64,000 bases of DNA from positions 44,704,001-44,768,000 of the forward strand of contig NC_087447.1 of assembly GCF_036321535.1 (NCBI RefSeq), in the 5' to 3' direction. A program made the translations under genes and the position numbers. This document shows, in pieces, positions 1 through 13,893 of the stretch (within the stretch, counting starts at the first letter, position 1; each line of letters opens with the position of its first letter). This DNA comes from Camelus dromedarius. Taxonomy: Eukaryota. The notes under the pieces were generated by a model that saw only the letters and a program-made list of their open reading frames with translations, had not been told where the DNA came from and did no database searches.

Positions 1-451
1 CTAATTTGATCCCATTTAGGGTACCTATGTTCCACTGTGTCAGGAAACCTGTTCAAATTCTATACTCTTGAGCTGCCTAGGAAACTACAAATTAAATCCA
101 TAATTTCAGTCAGAGCTAGAATTGATGGGGAAAGCTCTCCCTCTTGTGGAATTTATAGAGAATACCAGGGAGCTAGACATCTACGAACTTATGGGCAGGG
201 ACCCTGAAGAAATGGATTTTCTGACAGGCAGTTTCACCCCGATATGCACAGAGCCCTCCAGGGCAGAGGGCAGGGCGGTGGCTAAGGGGATGGGCTTTAG
301 AATCAGGCTCCTGTTAGAATCCCGGCTCTGCCACTCTGCTAGTTGTGTGACCCTGCAAGCATGTCACTTTCCAAACTTCCATTTCTTCCTGTGTGACATG
401 GAGATAATAGCACAAGGTTGTGGTGAAGATTCAATGAGATAAAGAGTAGTC

Positions 452-768
452 CTGTAACCTATAATGAAAAAGAATGTGAAAACAAAAATATGTATGTACA
501 TGTATGATTGAAACATTATGCTTACACCAGAAATGGACACAACGTTGTAAACTGACTATACTTCAATAAAAAACAAAAACATATAATGGAAAAGAATCTG
601 AAAAAAAAAAGTCCTACTGTATAGCACAAGGAACTATATTCAATACCTTGTAACAACCTATAGTGAAAAAGAATAGGAAAAGGAATATATGTATATATGA
701 ATCATTATGCTATACACCAGAAATTAACACAGCTTTGTAAACTGACATATTTCAGTTTAAAAAAAAAA
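452..768 (+). mobile_element. Stacked L1 3'-end fragments
   Basis: Two successive L1 3'UTR ends (tataatgaaaaagaat...tacaccagaaa...tgtaaactgac...A-rich tail). Confidence 0.8.
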
Positions 769-1409
769 GCAATACATTATGTCTGCATCTGCCATCTGTA
801 CTGACTATCGTTGATTTAGTGAAGTCCAGTTCCCAGCCCTCCCCAGCTTCCCATACCTCATTCATGGTGTCCACTATCAGGGGAGAGAAACTCTGGCTGC
901 TGTGAGGTGAAGGTCAAAGGAAAGAATGTGGGAAACTTTGAAAAATCCTCCCCCACCCTGGGGAAGATGGAAGCAACATTTATTCAACAGACAGTAACTT
1001 AGCTCCTTTTATTGCTATGCAATCATATATTCATTCACTCAAAACACACACACACACATTTATTAAAACAAAACCCTCATTGAATTCAGCCTCCCTAGAA
1101 AAGCCCTACTGTACAGTCATCTATTGTTATTCATGCAGCCTTCCTGGGCCTCACTCTCTCCACCCCTAAACTTCTCATCAGAGGGTTCATTCAATACAAA
1201 CAATTCTCTCTCTATATGTATATGCATGACTGGGACATTGTGCTATACACCAGAAATTGATACGTTGTAACTGACTGTACTTCGATTAAAAAAAAATAGC
1301 AAAAACAAATAAACAATTCTCTGCTGAAAAAAAAAAAGGGAAAAATTCTACATCTAAGAAGAATACAATTAGAAATCTCTATGCCTTGTTATATGGCTGT
1401 CCTGGAGGA

Positions 1410-1610
1410 TCCGTTGGGGGGTTGGTTCCAGGAACCCAGTGGATACCCAAATCTGAGGATGCTCAACTCTCTTACAAAAAATGTACATGAATACACTCAG
1501 CCCTCTGTATCCTTGGGTTTGGCATCCTTGGATTCAACCAACTGCGGGTTTCAGTTGACTGAATCTGCCAATGCCAAACCCTTGGTTACTGAGCACCAAC
1601 CATGCCAGTA
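1410..1610. mobile_element. Tigger/MER2-like DNA transposon relic
   Basis: ggttggttccagga...ggatacccaaatc...ggattcaaccaactgcg motifs typical of MER2/Tigger MITEs. Confidence 0.6.
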
Positions 1611-2431
1611 ACCCAACAATTCCAATCAGATAAGCTCTTCCACAGGGAAAGTATGAGGAATCATGAGAGCAGAGAGGAGGAGAGTCGCCTGAAACTGAGG
1701 GCCCTCGTGGAGGTTTTGGGAGGAAGTGATTTGTGTGCCCAGATGTGCCCCCAGCACAGGGGAGGGCTGGGCAGGTTCGGGAACTGAGGGAGAAGGCAGG
1801 AGCCCTGAGAGGGAGATGAGAGAGATTGTGGAGATTGGAGGCAGGAGAGGCTGGTACCAGCCAGATTAGGAGGATCACAATAAAGAGTTTAGTCTTAATC
1901 CTCAAAGAATGGATATATTTATTGTTAATTTTATTCATTCAGCCAGCCAGCCAGCCAGCCATCCAGGTGACAAAAGACACTTTTAGAAGTCTACTCTGTG
2001 CCGCGTGTTGTGCTTGGGACCATGAGACACAGAGATGACTAAGACACCAGTATGTTCCTCAGACAGTTCATCAACCTGTGGGAAGACTTGAAAGCACAGA
2101 CCTGCTATAAAGATCTTTTGATGAAGCAAGCTACCGTGGTCCTGAGGAGGTCAAAGGAGGAAATGATGGATTCCTGCTGATTAGGCAGTAAGAGTTGACA
2201 GGGATGAGAAATAGCTTTTCCAGAGGAGGCCAGTCTTGAAAGACGAGTTTGTGTGTGCCTGGAGAACCAGACTGAGAAGTGGTTTCCCCTTTCTTCTCAA
2301 TGCTTGAGATACACTAATGTTCTTTCAGAGTCTATACAATATGTTCCCAGCTTATTCAGGGACTCTTATGCTGGTCCTCTGACCTAAAAAGTTCTTCCCT
2401 CTTCTTTCACTGAATTAACTTCTAGTCATTC

Positions 2432-2531
2432 TTTTTTTTTCTTTAACTTATTTTTAATTAATTAATTATTTGGGGATTGAACCCAGGACCTCGTGCATGC
2501 TAAGCACATGCTCTACCACTGAGCCATACCC
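2432..2531 (-). mobile_element. tRNA-Ala-derived SINE (Vic-1-like)
   Basis: Reverse complement reads agggtatggctcagtggtagagcatgtgcttagcatgcacgaggtcctgggttcaatcccc plus an A-rich tail. Confidence 0.85.
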
Positions 2532-2884
2532 TCTGCTCTGTTTAAATTCTTATCCTTTAAGTTTCAGCTCAGCCACTCCAGCAGTCACAGGATGCCCCTC
2601 CCCATGCTTCCCCTGCAACACACCATCAGGTACCCAAACCGGAGACAATTACCGGATGTCTGCCCCACTAGACCACAGCCGAAGTGGGGACATGGAGAGG
2701 CAGGGCCTTCAGTTTCACTGCTTTATCCCCACTTCCTGTATAGTGCTCACTGTTTGATTTCTGAGAAAGCAGTGGTGCTGAGGTTGGGGTCTGGAGGAGA
2801 ATGTTGACAGTACAGAGATAAGCAGAACAACAAAGAATTTAAGCAGAAAAAACCAACCTTATTGACCAGGAAGACTGGGAACCC

Positions 2885-3197
2885 AGGCCCAAAGGTACAA
2901 ACTTCCAATCATAAGATGAATAAGTACTGGGGATGCATGTACAACACGGTGACTGTCGCTAACCCTGCCATACGGTGTATTTGGAAGTTGTTAAAAGAGT
3001 AGATCCTAAGAGTTCTCATTGGAGGGGAAAAAACCCACTTTTTTTTTCTTTTTTGGTATCTATGAGATGATGGATGTTAATGAAACTTACTGTGGTAATC
3101 ATGTCACAATATATGAAAGTCAAGGCATTTTGCTGTACACCTTAAACTTACACAGTGATATGTGTCAATTATATCTCAGTAAAACTGAGAGAAAAAA
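2885..3197 (+). mobile_element. Older L1 (L1M-type) 3' end
   Basis: aaaggtacaaacttcca...gtagatcctaagagttctca...tgtcaattatatctcagtaaaactg. Confidence 0.75.
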
Positions 3198-3900
3198 GGA
3201 ATGGGAATCCAGATGTTAGAACCAGAAAAAAATGATCTAAAGCCTGAGAAAAGATGACCTTTTAACATATAGCACAAGTAATAAAGTTGAACAGCTTAGA
3301 CTAAATGGAAAATAACTGTATTTGGTCTGCTTGATCTGAGGAACAGCTCCTTTTAGAAAGTTAGAATTTAACCCTCACAGTTGGGCATTAGTCTTGTGAT
3401 AAGCCTAATGATCTTTAACCAAATATATTTTTCTTGTGTTTTATCTAATAATTTTATCTACAGACTCTTCCTCCAGAGACAAATTTTTTTCAACTGGGTT
3501 TCTTGGAAGCCTAGATTCCATGAGGGGAAGCTTGGGAAAAAACCTTTAACCCTTGGTTGAAATCAGCTTGTCTGAGAAGTTACTTTAACAAAGCTGTTGC
3601 TTTGCTTTGTGTGAGTAATACCACCAACACTTTGTTACACTGGTGTAGGGACCACACCCCAGTAAGGGGTTTCAGCGACCTGTCCTGGAGATGGGAGAGT
3701 GAATAGGGAAGATTTCAATGTTTTTAAGGGCCAGTTTTCTTCAAATTGAAAAAGTAGTATATACATGTTAAAAATTGTTTTCAAGTACTTTAATGGGTGT
3801 ACTTTAAATAGAGAAAGCTTTCTTCCTACCCCAAACTCCTGAGCTTCTCTCTGGAGAGAACCATGACTACTTTCTGTATGTGTAGAATTTTCTACCATAA

Positions 3901-3922
3901 TGTGTGTGTGTGTGTGTGTGTG
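3901..3922. repeat. (TG)n microsatellite
   Basis: Direct reading. Confidence 0.95.
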
Positions 3923-4368
3923 TAACAATGTCGAATGGGACTTCTGGTATCTTAATATTTTGACAAAAGCTCTAACTTTAGACAATACACATACCCAAAG
4001 GATTACTTAAGGTTGGCTGAAAAGATCCTTTGACCCTCACCCTAGCATCCACCTTCAATCTATATAAAGTAAGCCCAAAATTCTATGAAAGTCAAAACAC
4101 AGGGGGCAAGTGCTATGGTTTTCAAAGTACGTGTATATTTGTGTACGTGTGTGTCAGGTGGGGAAGGAGGGTGTTCCAAGAAAACCACTCAGAGTGGTTG
4201 GGAACCTGATAATTTTCTTGGGGAGAAAGGCTTGGGGGGGTTGCAGAAACATATAACCAGTGAATATATTCAATGAATATACCCAGTGCAGCTACCAGAG
4301 CAAAGTATGGTGAGGGAGTTCCTGGAAGAGCTTGTTATGTGACATAGCGTCCCCTGCCCTCTTTCCAC

Positions 4369-4871
4369 TGTTGATGAAAATAATCAAGAAACAATCAGTA
4401 ATAAGAATAGAAAAGAGTTTTATTTGAGCCAAACTGAGGACTAGGTTGGAAGCCTGCTTCCCAGGTTCCTCTGAGAAACTGCCCCAGAGAAGCAGCGTTC
4501 TCAGTAGTTTTATATCTTGTCAGAACAAAGAACATTAAACAAGTTGGGGATACATTTCTTCAAGTTTAAAAAAAAAAAGACCCTCCAAAACAGACCAGCA
4601 TGTAGAGTGTGGCCTTGGCACCTGGGAAGGGGATCTTGTCATCCAAGGAAGACTAGCACTGATATCCCAGGTAGACAGGCATTTAATCTTCAACATGGAC
4701 ATTCTTTTCTTCTGGTCAGTGTGCCCTTTTCTTTAATAATTAAAGCAGATGTCTAATGTACGTTTGATAGGTCACAAACAAGCTAGTTTAGTTAGCAGAA
4801 AATTCAAGTTAACTCATGTGTAAGCCAGAATGACGTCCCTATATCTCAAGAGGTAAAAATTTCTTTTATCA
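4369..4871 (-). mobile_element. ERV1-type solo LTR
   Basis: TG...CA termini, perfect 4-bp TSD CCAC, minus-strand AATAAA near the left end. Confidence 0.85.
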
Positions 4872-5867
4872 CCACCTATATAATTTTTAAACTGCGAGGC
4901 TGGCTGGGGCCACCATCAATGTTGGAGCAGGGAGAGAAGGCAGCAGTAGGGTCGTCTGCATGCTCGTAGCTTGAAATGGCAAAGTCAAATGGATGTTGCA
5001 TAAGAGAACTGATGTGAAGGAACCTTGTCCAAGGGTGTGCTGGGCACTGAGGCTAAGAGACTGTAGAGTGTGAAGAGGAACTGAGGAGATAGATTGTCTG
5101 GGGTAGGGGGTTTGGGGGTGGTACCTACCCCTTCCTGCCCACTTCTTCCCCCATCCGCCATGCCAGGAAACTGTACAGGATCACCATCCTTCCTGGGCCT
5201 CTGAAATCCACAAATATCCCCAGGAGAGAGCCAAATTCAGACACCTCTACACAGAAGGTATAAAGAGCTCAGTTACAACAGTCCAGTGCCTCACGTATAA
5301 ATGCACATCCAAACACCTTGTGGGGACCCTGGAGGAGCCAGCTGCAGGAGGCGAAGGAGGTGGATGGAAAAGAAAAGAGCTGCTCACATCACCTTTCATC
5401 ACCACATGACCCCGAGCCGCAAAACTGGTCTAAGCTGGAAGTGCTAGGCCCATAGGGGAAATTTTGAATTAGAAATATTTTAAATTTTGATTTAGGCAAG
5501 ACTGAGTCATTTTAATATATCAAAGTGAGTTTATTGTTATTTACCCATGTGAGACTCTTTCCATCTTAAATGACCAGAAATCTATGAGATTTACTTGAGA
5601 CAGCATGGGTGGTGTGGAAAGGTCATTCAGCTTGTGTGAAAGCTGTGGTTAGAAAGAAAGCTGGGACTTGATTGTACGCCACTGAGTTCAGTTCATTCAG
5701 TAATCCAGTACGTGTGTATTTATAGGCAACAATACAAAATACGTAACAGGAAAAAAAAGGTACGTTGTTTCTTTCACTTAGCAAAGTATCTTTTCATATC
5801 AACTACACAGAGCTAACTTCTGGGTAGTTCCAGGGAGCCAGTTAATCACAAGGCTCCGCACTAGATT

Positions 5868-5965
5868 CTTTTTTTTTAATTAAAAATTTTTTACTATTAT
5901 TTTTTCAGTGGAGGTACTTGGGATTGAATCCAGGACCTTGTGCATGTTAAGCTATACCCTCCCCA
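5868..5965 (-). mobile_element. tRNA-Ala-derived SINE
   Basis: tggaggtacttgggattgaatccaggaccttgtgcatg...ctataccctccc. Confidence 0.8.
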
Positions 5966-6466
5966 CCTTGGATTCTGAATGGAGGGTTAATGCCCAGAGG
6001 CAGATGAGGATGGAGGTGCACCATCTCCTTCAACCTGGTAGTGTATTGGAGGAGGATGTGTGGCTCGGAGGCCAACTTGAGCTTTTGCCTAAGAATTTTC
6101 TCCTCCAGACACCCTTCAACCAGATTTAGACTTTGGGATGGATCTGTAGAGAGAATTGAGGCTGTAGACCATTCCTCACCCAGCTAGAGGTGTAGAGGAC
6201 CACAACCTGACATATAGTCCATCTACTGGGAGAGAGAAACACACTTTTTACTTGCAAATTCCTATGAATAAATGATTTTTGAGCACTCATCCTCAAATAT
6301 TCATTTGTTTACAAATGACTACATATAAATTTACTGTTGTATCTTTTTTCTTGAAAAATTATTAAAATTAACATTATTAGAATGAAATAAGAACCTTTTC
6401 TAATAGTCTAATATTTTATTCTCGCACCTCAGTGTATTGGCTTGTGCACTGTTTAGGGGGGACAGT

Positions 6467-6972
6467 TGTGAATGAAAAGTATTGCCAGCCATTATCAGTA
6501 AACAAAGAATGCTATGGTCACCAAACATTAGCCACTACCACCACCACTGATGGTCAGAGGAGGGGACTCAGGATTCGGACCAGCAGGCATCCTGGCCTCT
6601 GCTGCAACCCACAGCCATGCCCCCTGAGGGAACTCAGGGTAGGAAAGAACAGGATGCTGGCCCTAGACAGCTATATGCATATCAAAGGAATGAGTTCAAT
6701 GAGCCCAGACCTTTACACCCTCCCATATATAGAAAAGCTAAATTCCTTAACTTGGTATCTCTGGTTTTCTTTAATTAACAGTCATCTTTTGATGTTTTGT
6801 CTACCTGGTCTTTGTTGCAAAAAAACTCCTATATCCTGGCTTCTCCTTTGCCTGAGTGGAACAGTCTCTTAGAATGGTCTGAGAGGCTGTGTTCGGGCTC
6901 GAGTCCTCAGGAAATCCACCAAATAAAACACAACGCTCAACTTTTAGTTTGTGCATTTTATTTCAGTCGACA
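6467..6972 (+). mobile_element. ERV1-type solo LTR (same family as 18633-19118)
   Basis: TG...CA termini, near-TSD cagt/cagc, AATAAA near 6922; similar to the reverse complement of 18633-19118. Confidence 0.8.
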
Positions 6973-7250
6973 CAGCCTATAAACTAAGAATGGTTTTTAC
7001 GTTTTTAAGTAAAGAAATTCAAAAGAAGAATTATTTATTGTGACATATAAAAATTACAGGAAATTAAAATTTCAGTGCCTGTAAATAAAGTTGTGTTGGA
7101 ACCCAGCCACGCTCACCTGTTTATCTGTTGTCTGTGTCTGCTTTTATACCAGCGTGATAGAGCTGAATGGTTGCAACAGAGACCTGATGCCCCTGGAACC
7201 TAAAGCGTTTTGCCACCTGGCCTTTTAGAGGAAATGTTTGCCATGCAGGA
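6973..7250 (+). mobile_element. MER58B-like hAT-Charlie MITE fragment
   Basis: ctaagaatggtttttac...aaataaagttgtgttggaacccagccacgctca...aaatgtttgcc matches the remembered MER58B consensus. Confidence 0.75.
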
Positions 7251-8206
7251 CTCTAGACAGTGGGAAATGCATATTATCTCAAGGAAATTTAGGATTATTC
7301 TAGTAGGAGGAATGCAAATAGAAACAAAGGGCTACTGTTCAGTGTGGTGTGTGTGTATGTGTCTGTCTGTGTATCTGGGTATATTGCTTATTTTCAAACA
7401 AGTTTTTTGGTATAAAAAAGGGAAGGGATCAAGGCATAGACTTTATGCAATAGACAGGGAACAGAACAGTGATAGGCAAGGAATTCAAATCCCCCATTCT
7501 TGCACTGGGGAAACTAGATAAGGATCCACGGAACTTCTACAGCAAGGAGCTGGTAGTGACGAGGTGGGCTGGGAGCCTGGACCGGGAGTGATTGTTATGC
7601 CAGGGTCAGCACCAAGATGCCCAAGCAGCCCGCACCGCCTCCGTCAGCCAGCATCAGGAAGCTGCACAGAAGCCACGCCCTATGGATGTCCTGTGAACAG
7701 TCACATGACCACCCCCTGTTACCAGTGTTGGCTGATGATCTCCCAGTCATTACTGGGAGGAGGCTCTCCACCCACTGTGCCCACATGTTACTAACGATGC
7801 AGGGCACCTGTGTGTGTCCTGAGACAGTGCTTCACCCCAACCACACTGCCCCATGTGGACCCCACTTTCAGTAACTCAGGATACTCTGAGCTCCAGTGAA
7901 GCAGGCGGTCAGATCTTTGACACCTGGGGTGGAGTGCAATGCCGGAAGGACCATCCCGTACTGGGGTGGGGCAGAACGGGGCTAGGATTCAGTCCCACAA
8001 CCTATGGACCATTTACATTTATTTGCATCTCTAGTGTCTACAGACGCTAAGCCTTGGAGGCACTTTTCGGCCAGAAAACAGAAATTTAGCTAGAAAACCA
8101 ATATGTATAGTTGTGTGGACATGTGCATGGGAATGGTGAGCCTGGATGAGCCCTCCTCCCCTTCCTTAATAGCTCTCTGAGGTCATCGATAACTTCAGTC
8201 TGTCAT

Positions 8207-8344
8207 TTATTGTTTTTAATATTTAAAAAATTTGGGGGGGAGTAGGAATTAGGTTTATTTATTTATTAATGGAGGTACTGGTGATTGAATCTAGAACCTC
8301 CTATATGCTAAGCATGCACTCTACCACTGAGCTATACCCTCCCC
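8207..8344 (-). mobile_element. tRNA-Ala-derived SINE
   Basis: atggaggtactggtgattgaa...tgctaagcatgcactctaccactgagctataccctcccc. Confidence 0.85.
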
Positions 8345-9221
8345 ATCAAGTCTGTCATTATTTTTCTCCCTCTTTTGTCTGCCTCATCCTGGCTTCACAT
8401 CCTTTCTATACCATATGCTATAATTTAAGGTTACAAGGATTCTCCACAGTTATCTGCAGCTCCCTTGCTCCTCTTCCCTCTGTCATTTTCATCTGGCGTT
8501 TCTACTATCAAATCCACGTTATAGAAAATTCTACAGGTGAGAAGATTGATACGATGGTAGATTCATAAGCCACAGCCTCACATGGGCCATCAGTGCTGCC
8601 TGGCAACTTTTCTGTCTTTCTCTAGTCTCTAGAGTTTGCCCAATCTTTTGCTACAAAAATTGTCCCATAACTCTGTAAATTTTCTTATATCTCTGATTGC
8701 TCTGTCCCCACACCACGCAGTTGCATTTAAGGATTTTGCCTTTTTTTCACAGATAATTTAAGAGCCACCACAGAGAAACACTGTTGCTTTTATTATATTT
8801 TTATTATATATTATTATTTATACATAAAATATTACATATAATTATGTTCTAATCTATTAATTTATAGATTTGCTATATAAATTAAAAGCCTACTCACATC
8901 TGTAGCTATCCTCTCCTTTCCCTTCTGCTGTGTCCTAACAGCCCAGCGAACACTTATAAAGCACCGTACTGTGTGCATCCACTCTTACGCTGTTTTTATA
9001 GATGATAAATGTGGGTACAGAGAGGTTCAGGAACTTGCCTAAGATCACACAGCTAGCAAGTGGTAGAGCCCAGTTCTGAGTAGAGGAAGCATCCCTCCTT
9101 CTAACCGAAGGCCAGGACTTTTTTGTATTGCTCTCTGTCCCATCCCTCTCAACTACCACAGAGAGTGGGAGAGTGGCTAGTCAAGGACAATGACAGTCTC
9201 AGCCATATCACCCCCTTTTCC

Positions 9222-9942
9222 TGTGGTCAAAACCAAGTTCTCATGCCTGACTCACAGTGATGCCAAACAAACTGAAATGTCGGAGTTTGGAGCAGAGGAA
9301 GTTTTATTGGAAAGGCCATGCAAGGAAAATGGGTAGTCCATGCTCAGAAGGCCTGAACTCCCTGACGGGTTTCAGGGAGAAGTTTCTACAGGCAAGATCT
9401 GGGGGGAGGGAGGCAGGGTGTAACCCCCCTCTGATTGGGTTGGTGGTGAGGTAACAAGGTGGTAATCCAGGAATTTCAATCATCAGCCTTCTGGTTCCAA
9501 CCAGTCTGGGGTCCCCATGCCTGTGCTCAGCCTGAAGTTACCTTCCTCCACCAGAGTAGGGGCCTTCGTTCCTGTAGAAGAACTCAGAGATCTGTATCAT
9601 GCTGTTATGCACATCCCCCAGGGAGGAGCCAGGCCCAGGCCCCATCCTTGGACTGTTGTTTTTTCCTGCCTTCTCTTACTCTCCTAATTAGTAACTGTTT
9701 GAATTTGCCCTTTGAAGGTCTAGAGGCAGAAAGTCTTTTTCTTATAAATAAGGAATGGGGGACACAGAAGAGGCTTCTATCCCTGGGAGGTCCCACATGG
9801 TCCTGCTTGGTTCAACCCCTTCTTTTATTTGATTGAATCTTGAGGGGAACAGGTGTTGGACAAGAAACGGAATAATATTTTGGAGAGAAAGGTTAATCAT
9901 CAACTCAGCAAAGGAACTTGATTTTAGAGGAACTTAGTCTCA
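9222..9942 (-). mobile_element. ERV1-type solo LTR
   Basis: TG...CA termini, perfect TSD TTCC, minus-strand AATAAA near 9303. Confidence 0.8.
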
Positions 9943-10490
9943 TTCCCTCTCTGACTTCTTCAACCTCTTCTTCTCAACCTGAAAACCCAACTGACATGCC
10001 ATCTTTAAAAATTAGAATGATGCAAACCAAGCCAAACAAATTCAGCCCCCTCTGTAGACCTAACCTGATCTCCTCCTCCAACTATGCCTCTGTTGCTCTC
10101 TCAAACAGCTCTCCACACGTGCTGTCTCCACTTCCTCACTTACTTGTCCTTCAAAACCCTCCAATCTCGTTTTGACCCCACCAATCTACCAAAACGTCTG
10201 TGGCACCAATGACCTCCACCATAAGAGATCTAACAGACACGTCTTAGTCTTTCTCTTCTGGATCTACCAGCAGAATTGGGCACATTTGATTACTCTGTCT
10301 TCAAGCACTCTCCTCTCAGCTTCTCTGTCACTCTGGTTTGGCTTTCTTCCGTTTCTCCCCTCTTTGCTCTTCCTTCTCCCCTCACTGCTCTCCGGAACCC
10401 CTGCGACTTTAACTTCCTGTTTTCACACAGGAAGCTGGGCTGAACAGGAAGTGCTACCAACACAAGGTGACAAGTGCTCTTTACTCATAT

Positions 10491-11137
10491 TGTTGCCGGT
10501 GGATCCAACTGGTGTTCCAGGTTCTTGTCCAGTTCCAGAAAGATTTCAGAGACAAGTTATAGAGGTTAAAAAAAGTAAAATGAGGATTTATTAAAGGATG
10601 GATAGTACACTCTCAAGGGGAGAGCGGGCAGGCTCAGGTGAGCGGCTGCCCTGTGTTTCTTTGACAAGTTAGTTACATAGGGTGTAAAAATGAGTGGGTG
10701 GAATTTTCACTGAGGAGGAAAGGGCTTGGGGTCGTATTTCCTGATTATCATCCCAACTCCTCCTTCCCAATGGGAGGAGGGATTTTTGTCCTTATTTAGT
10801 CTGGATCAGAAGTGTCATGGCATCGGTGCATGATGGGTACTTCTGATCTGCAAGGCTAATTTTATTGAAATGAGGGCATAATGAGCAAAAGGTTACATTC
10901 AGACACTGGAAATTCCTGCCTTTTCTGACCTTTCTTTGTTGGTCTCCAGGCCAAAAGATGTGGCCCCTTATCAGCCCAAAGTTTCCTGCTTTTCTTTCTC
11001 TGCCCAGGGACCCCTAGTGCTTACATGATGTATGTTTTCCTACATTTGGCTTGTGCCCCTCCTTTCTGCCCAATTCCTGCCATTTGGTCTGTGTCCCCCT
11101 TTCTTTGCTCATATCTAGCTATCTGCCTGCTCTAACA
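10491..11137 (-). mobile_element. ERV1-type solo LTR
   Basis: TG...CA termini, perfect TSD ATAT, minus-strand AATAAA near 10587. Confidence 0.85.
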
Positions 11138-11398
11138 ATATTATGATTTTACCAGAGGGGCAGAAGGACCTTGATTTTACAAACTACTTGCTAACCCAGC
11201 CTAGCATCAGTGGAGGCTTCAAGGTGCAGGAAAGTAATCTGGGCTGATAGGCAAAATAATGGTTCTGCTGTCAGCTTTAAATGGCATCAAAAACTCTAGC
11301 TCCTTTCAGTTTGTGACATTCAGCCCCCTGTGTTACCCTCCTCTAGAATGACCTTCTGGTGATTCATGAAAAAAACAAATGAGGGGCTAGAGGATGGC

Positions 11399-12020
11399 TG
11401 TGTCTCAGATCTAGGTTGAGTCCCTGGGATGTGCCCTACCAAGTGTGGGTCCTTGGCTTCATGTGGCAAAGAATTCACGAGCGAGCCACAGTTGCGTAAA
11501 GGTGATTTATTTAGAGAGATACCTACTATATAGAGTGTAGGCTGTTTCAGAAGATGAGAGAAAGGTCATGAGGTGTGGGGGTTGGGTGCTCAGGGTAAAG
11601 TAAAAGTAGATACACACTCCATAGACAGAGTGTGGGCTGTGTCTGAAAACGAGAGAGCCAGAGAGGCAGCCACGAGGTATGGTAGTGCCAGTTTTTATGG
11701 GATCAGTAGTTTCACATACCAAGTGGGAGGATCATTCCAACTACCCTGGGGAAGGGGCTGGGATTCCCAGGAATTGGGCCACCGCCCACTCTTTGACCTT
11801 TTGCGGTCAGCCTCGAAGCTGTCATGGCGCCTGTGGGAATGTCATTTACCATGTTGATATACTACAATGAGCATATAATGAAGCTCAGGTTCTACTAGAA
11901 GTCGGATCTCTCACCACCTTGAGCCTCAAGGCCTCCTGGGGGTTGAATCTTCCACTATTTTGGTGTTAATTGCTGTCGTCCCTTGAATGACTGTGCCCTG
12001 CCCTCTTCCTTCTTGTCTCA
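11399..12020 (-). mobile_element. Solo LTR, diverged relative of the 15.2/16.6 kb pair
   Basis: Shares ccaagtgtgggtccttggct, ggaaggggctgggattcccaggaatt and gagcctcaaggcct blocks; TSD imperfect. Confidence 0.8.
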
Positions 12021-12170
12021 CTGGCTTTATGCTATTTCCCCTTAGACCAGGCAACTCTGACAAAACAGAGCTGCAATACACTTGCATTTTGCCTTGCAGG
12101 GGAAGGAGGCACTTCCTCTTGAGCCAGGTAGATAATTTCAGCCTCTATCATCTAAAAGTATAAGGAAGGC

Positions 12171-12753
12171 TGTTGCTGAATTCAGTTGTATGGACCTTGC
12201 TTGGGCCCTAACCCAGAGGAGGCTCTCTGTCTCAGTGGGGAATGGTTCATTTTCTATTTGGGTTCGAGCAGCCGAACAAAACTGAAGCTGAGGTCTATAC
12301 AGAACAAGCTTTATTCAGTGGCCAAAGAACGGAGAGAATGCAGCTAAGTTCACAGATCAACTTCTCGTCCACATGGCGAGAGGGATTTAATTTTAAAGAT
12401 AAAGGGAGGAGAAGTAAGGCTAATGAAGGGGAGGCGTGTGCATTAGTTTCCTGGGGCAGGGCTTTGGAGGGAGTAGATTGCCACCCCTTTGTTACCCTTT
12501 TTTGGTCCTTCATGTCTAGTAGGTGTATCATTTAATATGTTGATGTAGTAAAATCAACACATAATGAGACCCAGGGTCTGTTGGAGGTCAGGTTTGTCCC
12601 ACCACCTTGGTCCCAGCTGGTTCCATCTGGTGTTTTTGTTTGTATCTTCCTTTCTTATCTGTGGGCCCTTTAACTTAAAGATTTGTGTTAACTCCTGCTA
12701 AGGGTAGGGGGTAGAAGGGTTTTGAGCAAAGACTTGGAGCAGCTCTGGCAACA
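12171..12753 (-). mobile_element. ERV1-type solo LTR
   Basis: tgttgc...gcaaca inverted termini, minus-strand AATAAA near 12310; no clean TSD. Confidence 0.7.
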
Positions 12754-13250
12754 ATTCCACTGTCTATCACAAGGCTACATCCCATAACAGGATCTTCTGC
12801 CTGCTTGGCTCAGAACTTTACCTCTTGGTATTTATCTTTCTTGAATCTAAGCCAAGAAGGTAGTATATTATTTTTTGCAAGTTTTCTTCCTATTTAGTTC
12901 TTTCTTTTTCAAATATATCTTATAGCTATTGCTTGTATCTAGTCCTCCTTGTGACACTGTCTGAGATGTTACCAGTAGCCAATAACAGCCTTTCTTTTGC
13001 TTTTTATCTGCTGCAGAACTCCAACCCAAAGCAGCCTTCCTGCTTTAACTTTCCTGTGTTAAAGCAGACCCTTAACACATGAACCACTGAAAGATACTTG
13101 GGAACCACTGTGGCTGAGGCCTGGAGGCCGCACCTCACTAGAGAGCTGGCTGCTTTCCAAGTCCTGCCAGGGCAGCTGTCCTGTGCGGGCAGGGCAGGTG
13201 GCTTTCCAGAACTTGCCCGGTCTGTGGTATCCTTTCTGCTGAAATCCACT

Positions 13251-13893
13251 TGTTACTGACTTGGTCGACCAGACCCACCCTAGGGCCCTAGCCTGAGCTG
13301 AGACACTTGTCTAGGCCAGGGGTGTTCTTTTTCCAATCAGATTCATGCAGTCAATAATGAAACCAATGCTGAGACTGGAACAGATATTCATGGCCAAAGA
13401 GTGGAGAAGTGGGAACCTAGTTTGTTAATCAATTTCTCAACCCAATTTGGGCAGAGACAAGATATATGGGAGGGTAGAAGTAAAAGGGAAGGATTTGAAA
13501 AAAGTGGGAGGAATATTCATGAATTATCTGAGAACAGAGGTGTGGTTTGGATCTGGAATGGATGCAACTCTCCTTTTCAGTCCTTGTATTAATTGTCCCC
13601 TTTTCCGGTTGTTGTCATTGCAAGTGTCAGCTGTCTTGACACTGGTGGGTGTGTCATCTAACATGCTAACGTATCACAATGAGTGTATAATGAGGCTCAA
13701 GGTCTATTGAAAGTCCGATTTTCTGCCATCTTCAGCCTAGTTGGTTCTAATTAGTTCTGTTGGTTTTTTGTTTGTTTGTTTGTTTTTGGTTTGTTTTTCT
13801 TTGTAGCTTCCTTCTGAAACTTAGATAAGAGTAATTGGTTTCTATTCAAGGGAGGGGCAGGGGTATGATTCTGGGGCAGCAGTCTTGGTAACA
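13251..13893 (-). mobile_element. ERV1-type solo LTR
   Basis: tgttac...gtaaca inverted termini, near-TSD cact/caat. Confidence 0.75.
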
